A stretch of DNA of 32,000 bases, taken from contig CAZMGY010000012.1 in NCBI GenBank assembly GCA_964565945.1, positions 30,001 through 62,000 on the forward strand, in the 5' to 3' direction. Below the pieces are notes generated by a model. The model was given only the letters and a program-made list of their open reading frames with translations, was not told where the DNA came from and ran no database searches. The position numbers were made by a program, and so were the translations under genes. This document shows, piece by piece, positions 11,001 through 26,000 of this stretch (position 1 is its first letter; each line of letters starts with the position of its first letter). Source of the stretch: an uncultured bacterium. GTDB taxonomy: Bacteria; GCA-001730085.

Positions 11001-14000
11001 CAAATGGTGTATGACTTTGCCCAACGTTTGTCGGGTTATGAGCGTTATGTTTTTGGTGAAACTGGTCAACAGGTGTCTTGGGAACGTCAAAGTGATATGG
11101 TCTATGATAACCTAGACAACGTCTTATCCTACAATGCTCATCGAGTGAGTGGTGGACAAGAGTCTGTTGATATTCGATGGGAGGCCGTTGTTTTTGATGC
11201 CCAAGGTCGTGTCATAGAAGGATCTCCCTACAATGAAGATGGTCGTATTTTAGGTTTTCGCGAAACGGGTGTTGATGTGGCGACACAGCGGCGTTACGAA
11301 GTTGTTTCTAGCGGCTATGAGTATTCTGTGGTACCTGAAAAAATGAACCGTGCTGTGCTCTCTTACAACACCCAACGCAATGAATACGACTCTCAAGGGA
11401 CTTTGATGGAAACCGAAAATGTGATTTGGTCCGCTAAGGTTAATGAAAAGAATCAGTCCTATGTGAATGGACAAGTGGTTGGTTATATCGAAGAGTCAAC
11501 CAATAGCGTGGATGGCAAGCATAAGACAGATGTTCAGAATAGTTATGATGAACGTGGTAATCGTGTGGGCGTGGATACATCGATCCATTTTTATACTTTT
11601 ATGGGAGCAAAAAACCGAGTTGAAAAAAGCGTTTGGGAAGGTGATTACGACGAAGATGGTCTCTTGGTAAATTCACGTCAGTCCTCGACGGTTAACGGTG
11701 TTGCTGTTGATACGATTTCTTATAGTGGGGAATCTTTGGAGCAATATGTGATGGCTTTGGAACAAGGCCTGTACACGATTGATTTGCGCTATCTTCTGAA
11801 TGATATTAGTGGCGATGGAAGTGTTGATGCGGTTGACGTGGCTGTTTTTACCCAAAAATCCTATCAAGAGTTTTTGCAAGCTGTGCTCAATGATACGTTA
11901 ACTCTTTCTGCCTTAGAGCAGGCGGTTAACCTTTATATTAGCGATGATGCTTTACATAAGAGCAGTTTGGTGGACATGATTCAATTGATGAAGCGGGGCG
12001 AGGGTGACCAAATGTCTCAAACAGAGATGATCCAGGATATTTTGAAATTTTTGATCAAAGATAGTAATGGCGATGGTCAAATTGATGCGGTGGATGTACG
12101 TTTTATGACTGAACCCGCTTTAAGCATGTTATTAAATGACACTTTAGCTCAATCTAAGTCTGTAGGAGATTTGGCGCAAGATTTTCTTAAGCTTTACCTG
12201 ACTGATCGTAATGGAGATCAGAGGATTACTTCCGATGATTTGCAAAATGATGACCAAATTCGAACCACGATCAACACTGTCCTGAAAGATCGCTGGACGG
12301 AGAGTGTGCGCGAAAATATTTCTTACAAAGAATTGAGCTTTCGTCGCGTGAGAGATGGTCAAGTGGTTGTTGAAAAGGTTCGTATTGGAAATCCGGTCAC
12401 CTATCGAGAAATCACACGTCGTGCTGAGTCTCCACAGCTTTGGCAAGTGAGTGATGTGAGCGACATCAGTTTGGACGGTGATGGGACAATGTTGAATTAT
12501 ACATCGATGATTCAGAACATCGAAACAATTGACGACAAAAGTTTGCTTAATTTTAGCTGGGGAAAAGTGAGTGCCAATATTGATCAATACGCCGATCCTG
12601 AGGGTGTTCGAACTTGGGAACTTCGTCGATACAAAACCCTCCAAAGAAATGCTCGTGGTTTTGTGACACGATACAGTGAACGACGGACGGAGCCACAAAC
12701 AGATCCTCAAAAGGTACAAAGCTTTGAGGCAACGCCTCTTGTGATTGATATCCACTGGTCGGGAACGTATCGAAATGGTCAGATGTTTACTTTTAACGAA
12801 TCTAAGAGACGTCGTGGGGAGGTGTTTGTTAAAAATCACTATCAAGGCAAAGATTTATTGCAGATGATGGAGTCTTTAGTGGAACAAAAAAGCTACAATG
12901 TTTATTTTGATTTGGTTAAATCAGATGGACAAGCTGGAGTCGATGCGAAGATTACTCAAGAAGATCTGGACTATTTAAGGAAACATTTGCTTCGAGACCC
13001 TAACTATATTATTGAGTGGGTTGAAAGCGATTCGTTAGACGTTTTTTCGAGAGATGAGCGTGTTTATACCTTATATAACACCTTAGGTCAGGTGACTGGT
13101 TTTCAAACCCGCAGTTTCAATTCGGCGTCGCCTCGCAAAGAAACCATTTTGACACGTTCCAATATTATGACAAACGATTTGGGTCTCGAAATGTCCTTTA
13201 ACGAACATGTTCAAAAAAAAGGCGAGGGAAGTCAATTTTGGATTGATAGCAGTGAAGCCAATTTGCCAACTGAGTGGGCTACCCTGACTCTTGATGAAAA
13301 ACGTCAGCTTTTACGGGGAGAAACCATGGTTCTCAATGGGCGCAATGTTTCTTTGGTCAAGATAGGGACATCGCATATTTATAAAGATATCTATACGTTT
13401 CAGGCCAACACTGTTTATGATTACGCTGGTCGAGTGAAGGGTTTCACGCGATCTGATCGTGAAATGGGCCAGAATCAACAAGGCTGGCGTGTGTTAGATG
13501 TGTTTAATGTTACCGAGCGTCGAGATATGGCTTATGATAAAGCTGGTCGCTTAAGCACTTTTACCGAAACTCGCCGTTTGGGGCAGGCTCCAGATGTGAT
13601 TGAAACCATTGAACGACTCAGCACGGAGTATAACGACGCAGGTTATGTGGATGCTTTTGAGCAGGTTGAATCTCGCAAAGGAGAGCAACAGGAAACACGG
13701 GTTCCTTTCGGGGCCTTGCCTGCTTTTTTGAAAAAAAATGCCCTTTTAACGCCGGCGCAGATTGCAGCTATTTATAGTGGTCAGCGCGTAGATATTTCTG
13801 AAGTTGTTAATGAGAATCGCGACTTGTTTGCTGATATGGATGGCTTAGAGCAAGTGGGCGACAGTTACTACATTAAGTTAGACACGGTAACGTCTCAGTC
13901 GGAAGTGAACACGCTTAATCGGAGAACGCGTGAAAATATTACTTATAACGCTCTTGGTTTCGAAAAGAGCTTTAAGGAGCTTTCTGTTGATGAGTTGGGG

Positions 14001-17000
14001 GTTCACAGATTAACGCTGCAATTTGATATTCGTCAAAATGGACTAGGACAAGTTGTGTCGTTTGATCAGAGCGTACGTCGCTATTTGCCAGAGGCTCGTG
14101 AAGATATTAGCGATACGTTTGTGGTTTTACCACAAGAGATTTCTGAGTCTGAGTGGAAGGACTTGGCTTTGGCCAAGAAGTTGGCATTTTTGCGCGGAGA
14201 TCAATTGGTGCGGGTAGTGCAAGGATCTACTATTCGTTATTTAACCCAAGAAGAATTTTCGGAGTTTTCCGAAGAGAATGAGCCCAAACAGTATGAAGCG
14301 CGGCCTTTGAGAGTTCAACTAATTCAAGAAAGCTTGTTAGAAGACTATGCGCGTTCTTATTTTGAGAGTCAAGATATGGCCATGTGGAGCTACTTGTCTC
14401 AAGAAGGTGGTGCCATGATTCGTCATCGGGATGTTCAAGAGGTTGCTTTGGATGAACTAACATTCTTATCGCGACGCAAAGCTACTTACAACGACTTTGA
14501 TCAGATGGTTACCTATGTTGATGAGTCTTGGAATGCTTCGACACCAGGCCTTAAGCAAGTGTCGATCCGGACATCCACCGAATATGACAGTGTTGGTAAT
14601 ATTGTTGGATTTCGTGTCGAAGATATCTCTCATGGAGAACTGTCGGTTCGAAAGTTTGATTTAAATCGTTTAGAAGTTATCGATGGGCAAGGTGAAATTG
14701 CTGTTTTCGATATGGCGGGAATTGGTGGTTTTGAGCGCTTAATGCCCGAAGAGCAAATGAAGTTGCGTTCGGGAAAAAGTATTATGATTGACGATCAAGA
14801 AGTTCGCTTGGCCTTCAAAACAGTGATGCAAACCTTTGAAACATCGCGCGTCACTGAGCGCAAAAATATGCGTTATAACTTTTTGGGTCAATTGACAGAC
14901 TATACCGATATAACGATTGAGAGTACCAGTCCTGATCTTAGCCTGGAAACGACAGTTTCAGGGGTTCTTTACAATGCCTTAGGGCAGCAAATTCGTTTGG
15001 TTCAGTCCCAAAAACGAGAAGGAACAACCCAGAATGAAGTAAGTTATCAAGGTGAAGCTCTGATTGAAAAGTTGCATGCGTTGGCGGGCTTATCCGAAAA
15101 AGGTGAGCTTAAGTCACAATTTGCTCAGTGGTCTCTTTTTGATTTAAATGGTGATGGAGTGATTGATACACAAGATATTGATCTTGTTGAACCTGACACT
15201 CTTGTGAGTTATTTGCAAATCGTTGAATTGAAGGATGTTCAAACGCAATTGCGCGATATGATCACCTATACAACTTTGGGGCAATCGAAGGGGTTTCGCC
15301 AAATCAGTATTAATAGCACCGAACCACATGTGCGCGAAGTTTTGGTGCGGCATCACACCGCTTATAATCTTGCTGGTTTTGAGCTAAGTTATCAAGAAAC
15401 GGTGACACGCACAGGTCAAATTGCTCAAGACATGACTTCGACTTTTGTTATGCCTAATGATTGGTCCGAAGATCAATGGCAACAGCTTTGGCAAAAGGGT
15501 GGAACTTTTGATCAGATGACGGAACAGCAACAAAGAGTTTTGTTTACTGGTGGAGCTGTTGTCTTGGGCGATCAGACATACCAGTTTGAACTCTACACAC
15601 AAGCTCAAAAGGGTGAAAAACCTCATATGGAAGTTCTTACGTCGTCTCAGAATTCGCACTATCGGATGATTGCCGAGGTTGTGGCCGAATATGGTAAAGC
15701 TGGTGCTTGGTCCTCTCAAGTCGAAGGCTATGTGCGGACTTTGTTAGAGCAAATTTTGCAAAATCGCTCGGAAAGTGACGTGATTAACCCTGCCGATGTT
15801 CAGGCTGTGGTGAATCGCTTCTTAGAAGAGTTGGAAGGGACTTTGGTTGGCGATGAAAATCAAAGCCAAAAACATGGAGAAATGGGGCAAAATGATTCCA
15901 CGGAAGTTCAAAGTCAGCACTTTAAAATTTTAAGATCTTTATTGCTTGGTCCAGAGGATGGGGTGAACGGCTTTGTTCTGGATCTTGTTGATCAGGTGAT
16001 GAATCAAGTGGGTGCGGTAACAGAGCGTTCTTTGCGTACCATAACCAAAAAGATTGTTTTTGAACGCAACGAAATGGAGCAGCGTTCGCGTGAAGATGCG
16101 ACCTATAACGCTTTTGGACAGTTGATGAGCTATGTGGACAATGTCTACGAGCCTCTGCTCAACCAAAAAGTGACAACCCAACGTTTGTTAACGCAGTTTG
16201 ATCGTGCGGGACGTATTTTGGGATATCAAGATCATGTGGTGCGCAGTGGCTTAGCCTTGCAAAATGATCAAATTGATTACAGCCGTGTTGAACGTCTTGG
16301 TAGTGGCGAACGTTCTTGGGATGATTTGACGTTTATAGAAGTTAAAGCCCTTTATCGCGGTGAAGCTGTTTTGATGAATGGGGTTCTGATGACGTTGGAT
16401 GACTTGCGTATTGACAAAGTGATTCGTTTGTACGAGGTTGAAGATCATGTGCGTCAGAATATGGTATACGATCAAAACAACCAATTGCGTTCGTTTGCGG
16501 AGCAAAGATTTAATCATAATAATCAACGTTTAAGCACCCAACAAAGAAGTGGAATGCTCTATAACTCGTTGGGTCAAGTTACGGAGTATATCGATAATAC
16601 TTTGGATGAAGGAACTGTCGAGCTTGAGGATGGTTCTTTTATGGATCTTTCGCAGAGTTCGCGCGTTCATCGTAGCAATATTCAATATGTTGATAATCGA
16701 ATTTATGCTTACACCGATGTGTCGAGATCAAGTCAGTCTGAAGAAACGCAGGTGAGTGTTCGCGAGTCGACACACTACAACGCATTGGGGCAGGTGATGG
16801 CTTATCGTAATAATAATCATCGTTTCTTGTTTGAAGGTCGTCAAACGATTTTAAGTGTTCGCAATGTGAATGAGCGAACAGGGATCGTCTACAACGCTCT
16901 TGGACAAAATATGGCTTACAGTGATTATCAGTGGAATTCATCGGAGCCAGCTAATGCCTCTTGGTCTTATCGTAGCGATGTACAATATGATGGCTTAGGC

Positions 17001-20000
17001 CGTTTGAATGCGTACACCGATCGGACGAGAACCTTGCAATCGCCAGATATGAGAGAAACTTTGGTGATGAACAATATTCAGCACAACGCTTTGGGTCTTC
17101 AACAAAGTTATACAGAGTTACGTATTCAAGAAAGCCTGCTAGAGGATTCTCAAGGGGAACCCTTATATCAAAGGTTACAAAAGAATAATTACCAAGATAT
17201 AACTTATGATGCTTTGGGGCGTCGTCAAACCTATCTGCGTTCAGCCGTGACTTCCGATGCTCCCGATATGGTGATTAACACGACTTGGACCGCTTTGGCC
17301 TACGATGAAAAGTTGGGCGTAGTGAGTGTCTATCGTGATCAAAGTGAACGCATTGGAACAGATGGAACACGTGTTATGTTGACAACGATTCATGATCAAG
17401 TCAAATTTGATCGCGCGGGTCGTGAAATGAGTTATCGAGAGCAAGTTACGGATTCATCGCGACCAGGTGTTAAGCAAAAACGTTTGAGGATTGATACTGG
17501 CTACGATACTTTTGGGCGTGTGGCTCAATACGAAGAATCGAATGCTCAATACAATAACAACCTTCTCCTTAACTATGTTCTAACGAATCGTAATAACACC
17601 TATAACACGATGAGTCAAGTTGAGTCCTATGTGGAGAAGCGGACCACAAATGGCTTAGAGAGCTTAGCTGAACGTTATGAGATGGCTTATAACTCATTTG
17701 GTCAGCTGGAGTCCTACGAAGAGGTAACGGAAAGTCCTAGCACAAGGCTGAGAATGTCGGCTTGGGGTTTAACGTATGATAGTTTGGGTCGATCTTTGAC
17801 TCAAAATACACGTTCTGTTGATAGTGAAGGTAATGTCAATATTACCTATAACTGGGGGATGCGCTATGATACTTCGGGTCGCACGATCTTTCGTAATGAA
17901 GATCGTATTTTGAATGGTGTTCGCTCCCTAGGTATTCAGTGGTATGCTGGTCTGATTCAAGGAAGCGGTGAGGACGAAAATGAGCCTAAGTTTGATCAAG
18001 ATGGTGAGCCTTTTTTTATAAAGAAGCCTTCGTTTGACGAATTTGGTAATATTTTGTCGACGACAGAAATTCGTGTGGATGATCAAGGTCATATCAATGT
18101 GAACGTGAGTGAGTATAGCTATGACGCTTATAGCCATCGTGACTCGGTCCAAAGTTTATCTTACAGCTATACGTCAAATGACTTAAACGATTTAGGAACG
18201 ATTCAAGTAAGTGAAGTGACAACAACTTCTTGGGATGTTACGGATGGGTATCTAACCCTTACTTTTGATGTTCTCAATCAGAATGGAGATATTGTTGGCA
18301 CACAAACGGTTGAAGGGGGTTACGTTTTAGGTTCCGAGCAAATGCAACGTCGTTATTTGATCACAGATGATGGTCAACGGGTGCTTAAGCAAGTCGGTAA
18401 CGATGGTGAAGAAGATGTTTACTTCGACATTACCTATTCGAGACAGTCGTTTGCTTACAATGATGTGGCTGATCAAACCTTTTTGGGATCGGAGTCTTTT
18501 AAGTACAGTTTGTCTCAGGAAGCTACAGGAGCGGATTTAACCGACTTTGTTTATGAAAGCAGTCGGTATCGCCAAACCATGTATGGTGATAACAATCGAC
18601 GAATCCAAGAGGTGACGTTGCAAAATGAGCGTGGAGTTTACGGATGGGACGTTTTGCGCGATGAGTTGGGTATAGATCATGAAGTTTGGTCCGAAGTGGG
18701 TGATCAACTCGTGAATTTGCGAAAATATTTGGTAACACAGCAAAATGAAATTAAAGTCGGTGTTCCTGGTGCTCAAGAACAAGCTAATGCTCGCATAGCT
18801 GAGGTGAACTCTAGTATAACGACTCTGTTGCGTCAAGCAGGTGTATCTTCTGAAATGATTAGGACCTCGTTGAATCAAGTCTTCGGATCACCTCCAAGCT
18901 CTGTTTCGCTTGATGGTGTGATTGAGAACTTATTGGGTGTTCAGATTTTAAGTTCTTCAACCTTATCTGTTGTCGATACCGATGGTTACGATCAAGTTTC
19001 GGGACGTCCTTTACTCGAAAGGGAGCGCCAGTATACGCATCGGAGTGGGTTTGATGTTCGGAGTGATAATTCTGATTGGAATTATCAAAAATTCCGTTCG
19101 GGAAACGTTAAAATTGATCAGATGCTTGCGGCTAAAGACTCTTTTATCTTGGTTCAAGATGAGACGCGTAATTATTCTTACGACGAAAACGGCGTTCGTA
19201 CAGCGATTGTGACCGAAGATGGTTTGAGTGGTTTTCGAGAAGAAAGTTTCAATATGGAATACCGTTTTGATGGACTGGTGAAAAGTCGCGTTATGTTGCG
19301 GACAGCTCCAGGAGCTGGGGGTAAAATTCAAACCTCGGCTTATAACCAGATCAGTTACACCTATCATCCTAACGGTCGGATCGCTCAAACGCGCGTTCGC
19401 CTTTATGAAAGTTATGATGGAGTGCGTGGTGGAGGATTGAGGGGGCTGTTGCGAGAGGAAGTGATTGATGATGTGTATGACTTTGAACGCAATGTTCTTG
19501 TTCAAAAAGTCTCCACACAGTGGGGCTTTTCTGAAACGGATGGGTCACGTTTGTTGGTTAATCGTCAGGTGGATGATTCGACATATAGCTTGTTCAATCG
19601 TGTGAACGGTTTAATTCGATCAATGTACAAGAGCGAAGATGGTGCCGAAAATTCAGTGATTCTTGATAATCAAGAAATTTTCTCCAATTACTACTATAGC
19701 AGTCATGGTCAGGTGCTATCTCAAAGCGTGCGCAAACTTGATTACAGTGTGGTGGATGTTGAAGAGGCTGGCCTTGCCGATGAAATTAACGGCTTGAGTG
19801 TGACTGACAATGCCGAAACCATGCAAGAAAAAATTATCGATACTTATGTTGCTTGGTGGAAGAGAAGGTATGGTCTCGAAAAAGTTGATGGATTGTTGGA
19901 GCATGTGATTGATGTTTTTATGGATCTTTTGTTGGCACCCACCAATATTGCTCGTACGGCTAAAGATATTTTGGAAGTAGCTATTTACGTTCTTGGAGAA

Positions 20001-23000
20001 GCCTTTAAATCTTCGAAAGAATATTTAAGAAATGCGGGTTACAGTGTTAACGAAAAATATATGAGTTATCTTGTTGGTGACGAATTGAGTCATCGCATGA
20101 TGAGCTATCGTAAAGATGGTCGGGTTAGTGGATCGCAAGATCTGACTTACGATATCGATGGGGTTGTCAAAGAAAAAAGAACCCTTTCTTATGTTTATGA
20201 ACAAGAGCTCAATGAAACATTCAAAACCAATCGTATTGCAGCCCAGAATCAACGCAATTATATGTGGGATGAAGAAGGAAAGGTTTGGAGTTTAGATAGC
20301 GGTGCTGATGTTCAAATCACTTATGATCAGTTTAATCGGGTGTCGAGCCGATTGGTGACATCGATTGATAAGAATGGACATTATGCTGAAAGTACGGAAT
20401 ATCTTTTTGAGTATGATCACTTGAATCGTGTAACTCGTGAAACACAGCGTCTTTTAGACCCAAGTGCGTCGCGTAGCGAAACGAGTTCCTTAAGTCGGAG
20501 CCGTAAAGCGATTGGAACACTTAAATCGCTGAGCGAAGAAATTAGAGATTATAGGTACGACGCTATGGGACAACAGCGTTCGGTGAGTGTGCGTCAAAAT
20601 GATCTAGGTGTTGTACGTGCTGAAAATCCTTCTGAAATCCGCACATCTTATAATACCGTTTTGACACGGACCAAGAATGGGGCACGCGAAGAGTTCTTTG
20701 ATGACGAAGGAAATTTGTATCAAGTGGTCACGCATCAATTTACCTTTGATGTGAACGATAATCTCATTTTGGATGAAAAGATGACCCTTCGTTACAATGA
20801 GCAGGGGCAGGAGATTTCTCGCCAAATTCAGGAGATTCGCAATCAAAAATTTGATAAAAATGGTCGAGTACTGCATCGCAATACTCAAACCTTTGACATT
20901 CTGGATGGTCAACGTGTGAGTGTCGGTCGTGAAGAAGTTCAAACCATTTATCAGGGTATGAACTATCGTATTCAAGAAGAAGTGATTACACAGTATGGTT
21001 ACAATCGTATGCAGCAAGGTACCGAAGTTCCAGGTGTGACGACGCATGTGGTGTATGCCTACGATGCACAAAACAGAATGTCGAAGCGTACCACTGTTTC
21101 TTATAGTGATCCTAATGCGCAGTTGATAGTTGTTCCATCGGCAAGTGCATTAGATGTTCGCAATGGGGATGAAGGGCAAACGGTTGAAGAACAATTTATT
21201 TATGATCTTTCTCGTCGTCCGATTCAAACTATCAATAAAGTTTATGAGGGTGGTGAACTTATTAGTGAGAATAGAAGGGTATCGACCTATCTAACCGCCG
21301 ATCCTAACGATATGCGTGTTGATAAACAAATTGTTGTACAATTGGATGGTGCGGGAGAAATTCGTTCGATTGTTGTGAACAGCAATTACAGCTATACAGA
21401 AGAAAATCGTTATCAGCGTGGTAGTTCAGGTGCTGTTGAGTTTGGAGATTCTGGTAGTATTGAAAACATTGGGCCCATTCAGCGTATTTTATTGAACACG
21501 GGTTATGATACGGTTTCTTTCACTGATTCGGTGGATGGGATTAGTTTTGATGCATCTGGATTCATGTTAATGCCTTCTAAGGAGACTTGGGGGAGTTTAC
21601 TCAATGCAAAAAATAAAGTGACGAAAAAAAGAACCACATCGTATGATATGTTAGACAGAGAGCTTCACTCGGAAGTTAAGTCTTACTTGCAAGATTCTTT
21701 GATTGGCCGGGAAACGGTATCTTACTATTACAGTGAGCAACGTATGGGTGATGATCGTGCTGTGATTGAGGATCAGCGCTTTTATAGCCAAGATGATACC
21801 TTTGTGCGTCATATAGTGCAGCAAAATCGTTATGATGCATTGGGACGTATTAGCCAAAAAGATGAGTTCTTTTTAGATCCAAGCACTTCTTCAGGTGGTT
21901 TGATTGAGCAAGGGGTTGTTCTAGATAGTTTTATTCCAAAAACGGGAAGTCTTCAATTTCATCGCCAGATACTCAATATGGACTACGATGGCGGCTTTGA
22001 TCGTATTATTGAGCAGGATGAAATTGTTTCGGCTAACTACATTGACCAAAACAATACTGGTGATGGGCGCAATCAGATCACGCACAGTATCTTTGCCTAC
22101 AACAATAAAGGGCAAATTATTTCGAGCGAAAAAACACGTTATCAAGCCAACACGGTTCAACATAACTTAGAGGATTTTCCTCGTGTTATTGAACGTGAAA
22201 CAGGTCATCAGTATAACCAGCATGGGGAGGTGGTGTCGTTCCAGACATTGCTGGATACCTATTATCTTGAAACTTTGGATAGTGATCAAGTGGTTTTGCG
22301 CGATCGTCAAGGAAGTGATGTGACCATTTTTTATCATAAACCAGGTCAAGTATCTCGTCGCGTAAGAAAGAACTTTGATGTGACAGCTATTAATGATCTC
22401 TTAAGCTCTGCCATAAATATTAATGTTGTTCAACTTAGATCTGGCGAATTGATTGACACCGAAGTAGAGCAAAACACTTACGATGTTCAAAATCGTTTGA
22501 AAGAGGTTGACCGAACCTTTACTTTTGCTGGAAAAGAGGACGCCTATCGGATTTATCGTCGTTCGTTGACGTATGATTCCTTGCAAGATAGACCGAAGCA
22601 AGAGATTGGGCGCAATTGGAACGAGCTTGATGATCGGGTGACGCTTTCAGTAACGGATAATATTTTTCAGGGAGAATTTATTTCACAAGTTTTCACGCGC
22701 AGTAGCGAAATTGATGTGGCCAATGATGCTGATCGTAACTTTTTATTAAATATGTCGTCGTCGGCGGGTGTTTCGGCACGATTGAATTTAAGTTTAGAGA
22801 GTAAAAGAACTGTGACTAATCGAGTGCAAAATATACACTCATGGGATTCTCAGGGGCGTGCGGTGCGTTATTCGATGAAGCAGTATGATGAGCGTAATCC
22901 TCGACGTTCCACGTTTATTGAAAGAAAGTTTACCTTGTTTAACAACACTGATGGTGGTGAAGATTTTTATGATGAAACCGTGAGAGAAGAAATTGATGGA

Positions 23001-26000
23001 GAAGTTCTTTCGACACGTGAGCGTGAATATCAAGCGTTTTGGAGAGATTCTCGTGGACGTACGCGTGGTTATATTTTATCGGAAAAAGTTCGCGATAAGG
23101 AGGGTTTGTTACAAACAAAGCAAGTGATCACTCGTTTGGATACCAGATTTGATGTTTACGATAATGAAGTGAAGGCTTTCCAGGAAGAGCAAGAGTATGT
23201 GAATATTAACTTGGCCGATGATGCGAATGTTGTTTGGTCTATGCGAAGCCATGTTGGAAGAAATGTTGTGAGCGACTATTTTTCTGAGGGAGAGAATAAG
23301 GGCCGTTTATCAAATGAAACGATTACTTTGTACAAGTATGACGTGGCTCAATCGGCAACGAATGGTTCTCCAGTATTGTTGGATCGTGAAGTTTTGCAGC
23401 GAGAGGTTTTGGGCTATCAAAGAGCATTGGCGAACTCTGAACGATTGACATCGCGAAGATACGATGCGACGGGTCACTTGGTGCAACATCGTATATCGAC
23501 GAGTAACCGAACTTTCGACGAGCAAGATCGCATGACGCTCAACGATACAGTCACTATTGATAAGCTTCGCGAAACGCGTACCATTGAAAATATGAATGTG
23601 GTGTCTTTTGATGACTTTGACAACGTGGTGGCTTTTTTACAAACACGTCGTGTCGAAGACTTAAATGATTCCGAGATTCTTCTCGAAGATCAAGTGGTTG
23701 AGCGTAGAAATTCAGAGTTTGAAGGTAATTTGTTGATTGATAGTTACGAAATCGTTAACAATAAGCTCAAAAATGATGTACGCCATGTGATTCGGCGCAA
23801 TCGCACCTATAAATTTGGTCAAGAGGCATCTTCGAATACCTATAACTTTACGGTGAACGTTGAGGATCCTGTTTTAAGGTCGGTTGCCGTGTCGCCTGAG
23901 CAGCAGATTAATCAAATTTTAAGAAAATTTGGTTTAAGAGATGTGACATCTTTGGATGTTAAACGACAAGATGGTCCAGAGATTTTTCAAGATACCTATT
24001 TGAAAACCCTGTTTGCACGATCTGACAGTGAAGATTTGGTGGGTAGCAGTTTTACTCGATCCGACACGATTTTTAGTGATCGTGGAGAAAGCTATGGTTA
24101 TATCAATTATCTTTGGAACAAGGTGGGTGATTACCGCTTGGTTAAAGGGCCAGATGGTGTTTATGACTATACTTTTAGCCAAGCTTTGAATCAATTCACT
24201 TACGATATTTTCTTTGCAGGTCAGATTGATTTGGGTGCTCAAGGTGCTTCCACTGCTCTTAGTTTGGAGGATCATTTTAAATTGGAAAACAAGGATGATG
24301 TTAGCGTCTACTTATCCGATTTAGAAACTTGGTTAAAAACACCAGGGGACAACCATATTATTTATGATGGTCGCGATCAGACCACGGGAGAAAATCGTGA
24401 GTTTACACGCATTTCATTAAGACAGATTGAATCATTCGGCAATAAAGGGTCCTTTGATTTTTCACCATTTATGTCCTTTTCTCCTGGTGACCCATTCACA
24501 GGACTCAAAGATGAGGGGCTCGCCGCTCAAGTCCAAGATATTTCTTTGCACTTTTTTAATGATCCGAATGTTCATGATGGCGTGGAATATGCTCATCGCA
24601 TAGTGCGAGGCGAAAAACGTGAGCTTGCTCTAAACCGATGGGTGGTTGGGGGAAAGGATCGTGATAAATTTAACTTTACCCTCGTTCGTCGTACCGATAC
24701 TGATTTTTATGGAGATCAAGTGGGCGAAGATTTCTCTAACCAAGGTCGTTATGGACAGGTGAAAAATTATACCGAATATTCGATTTCTCCATCGGGTGAA
24801 GAGAGTAAAGTTGTTCGCAATAATATTCATTATTATGTGCCTGAAACGCTTCAGCTGGGGCAAAGTAAAGTCAATGTCGGTTTAGAACGTTTTTATAACG
24901 AGACAACGTATCGTCGTAGTGATAATTTTCATGCAGCGCATATTCGCAATCACGGTGTGACAGGACAAATTCACCATTATTCGGAATCCTCCTCACACGC
25001 AGGTGATTGGTCGGATAGCCGTTTGGAAGAGAGTGGTCGTATTCAGTATTGGGAAGAAGATGGTGAAATCATTATTCACATGGATGATTTTATCACACGC
25101 TTTTCGGAGAGTTACTTTGTTGCTGACTTTGATAAAGAAGATCGTAAAATTCGTTTAAAGTACAAAAAAGGACAGGTCAAAAGTTTCCGTGAATACACAA
25201 GTAGTGGCGAAGATGCGGGAACTGAATTTTCATCGGCGAATAATCTTTACGACCCTGAAGGCAATGCCGTATTTACCGAACGAACTGTGGTGCGTAAACG
25301 TGGACGAGGCATTCCCGATGATAACTTTGATTTTGAAAAAACATTCAATGAATACAATTCTTATGGGTATTTGTTGCGATCACATGTTTATTATAATTTT
25401 GATTTTGCTAAAGTGACCACCTATTACAATATGAGAACCAATTCGAATGATGTGGGAACACTTAGCCATGGTGCACGTCGTCATGTGGCCTATATGGACC
25501 AAGAAGATGGACAAATGTATGTGCAGAAATATGATCTTACTGGTGAAAATGCTGCTGATAAGGGTAAAGGATTTGAAGCCTTTTTAAGAAATATCTACAT
25601 GATGATCGAAGAAACATTGACCAATGGTGGTGTATTTATTGTCGATAAAATATTCAATAGTTTCTTAGGGTTTTTTGGTACTGATCCAGTGTTAGAAGAT
25701 GAACTTCAAATTATGCGTGATAATGCGCATCGGGTCGCAATGTTTCGCCAGGTTTTCGAAGAAGATACGAAAGCTTTCACTAAAAGCTTAGAAAATCTTT
25801 TAGGCTCTGAAGGAGCGATTATCGCTTCGATAGTTCTTCATGGAGTTTTATTTGTTCTCGCTGTGGCTGCTATGGTGTCTACAGGAGGGGCTGCATTACC
25901 TCTAATTTTTGCTGCTTTCGCTTTTGGAGCGGCGTATTCTTTGATCCAAACCACTATTTATTACGACAAGTATCGTCAGGCGGATACTAAAGCCGAAAAA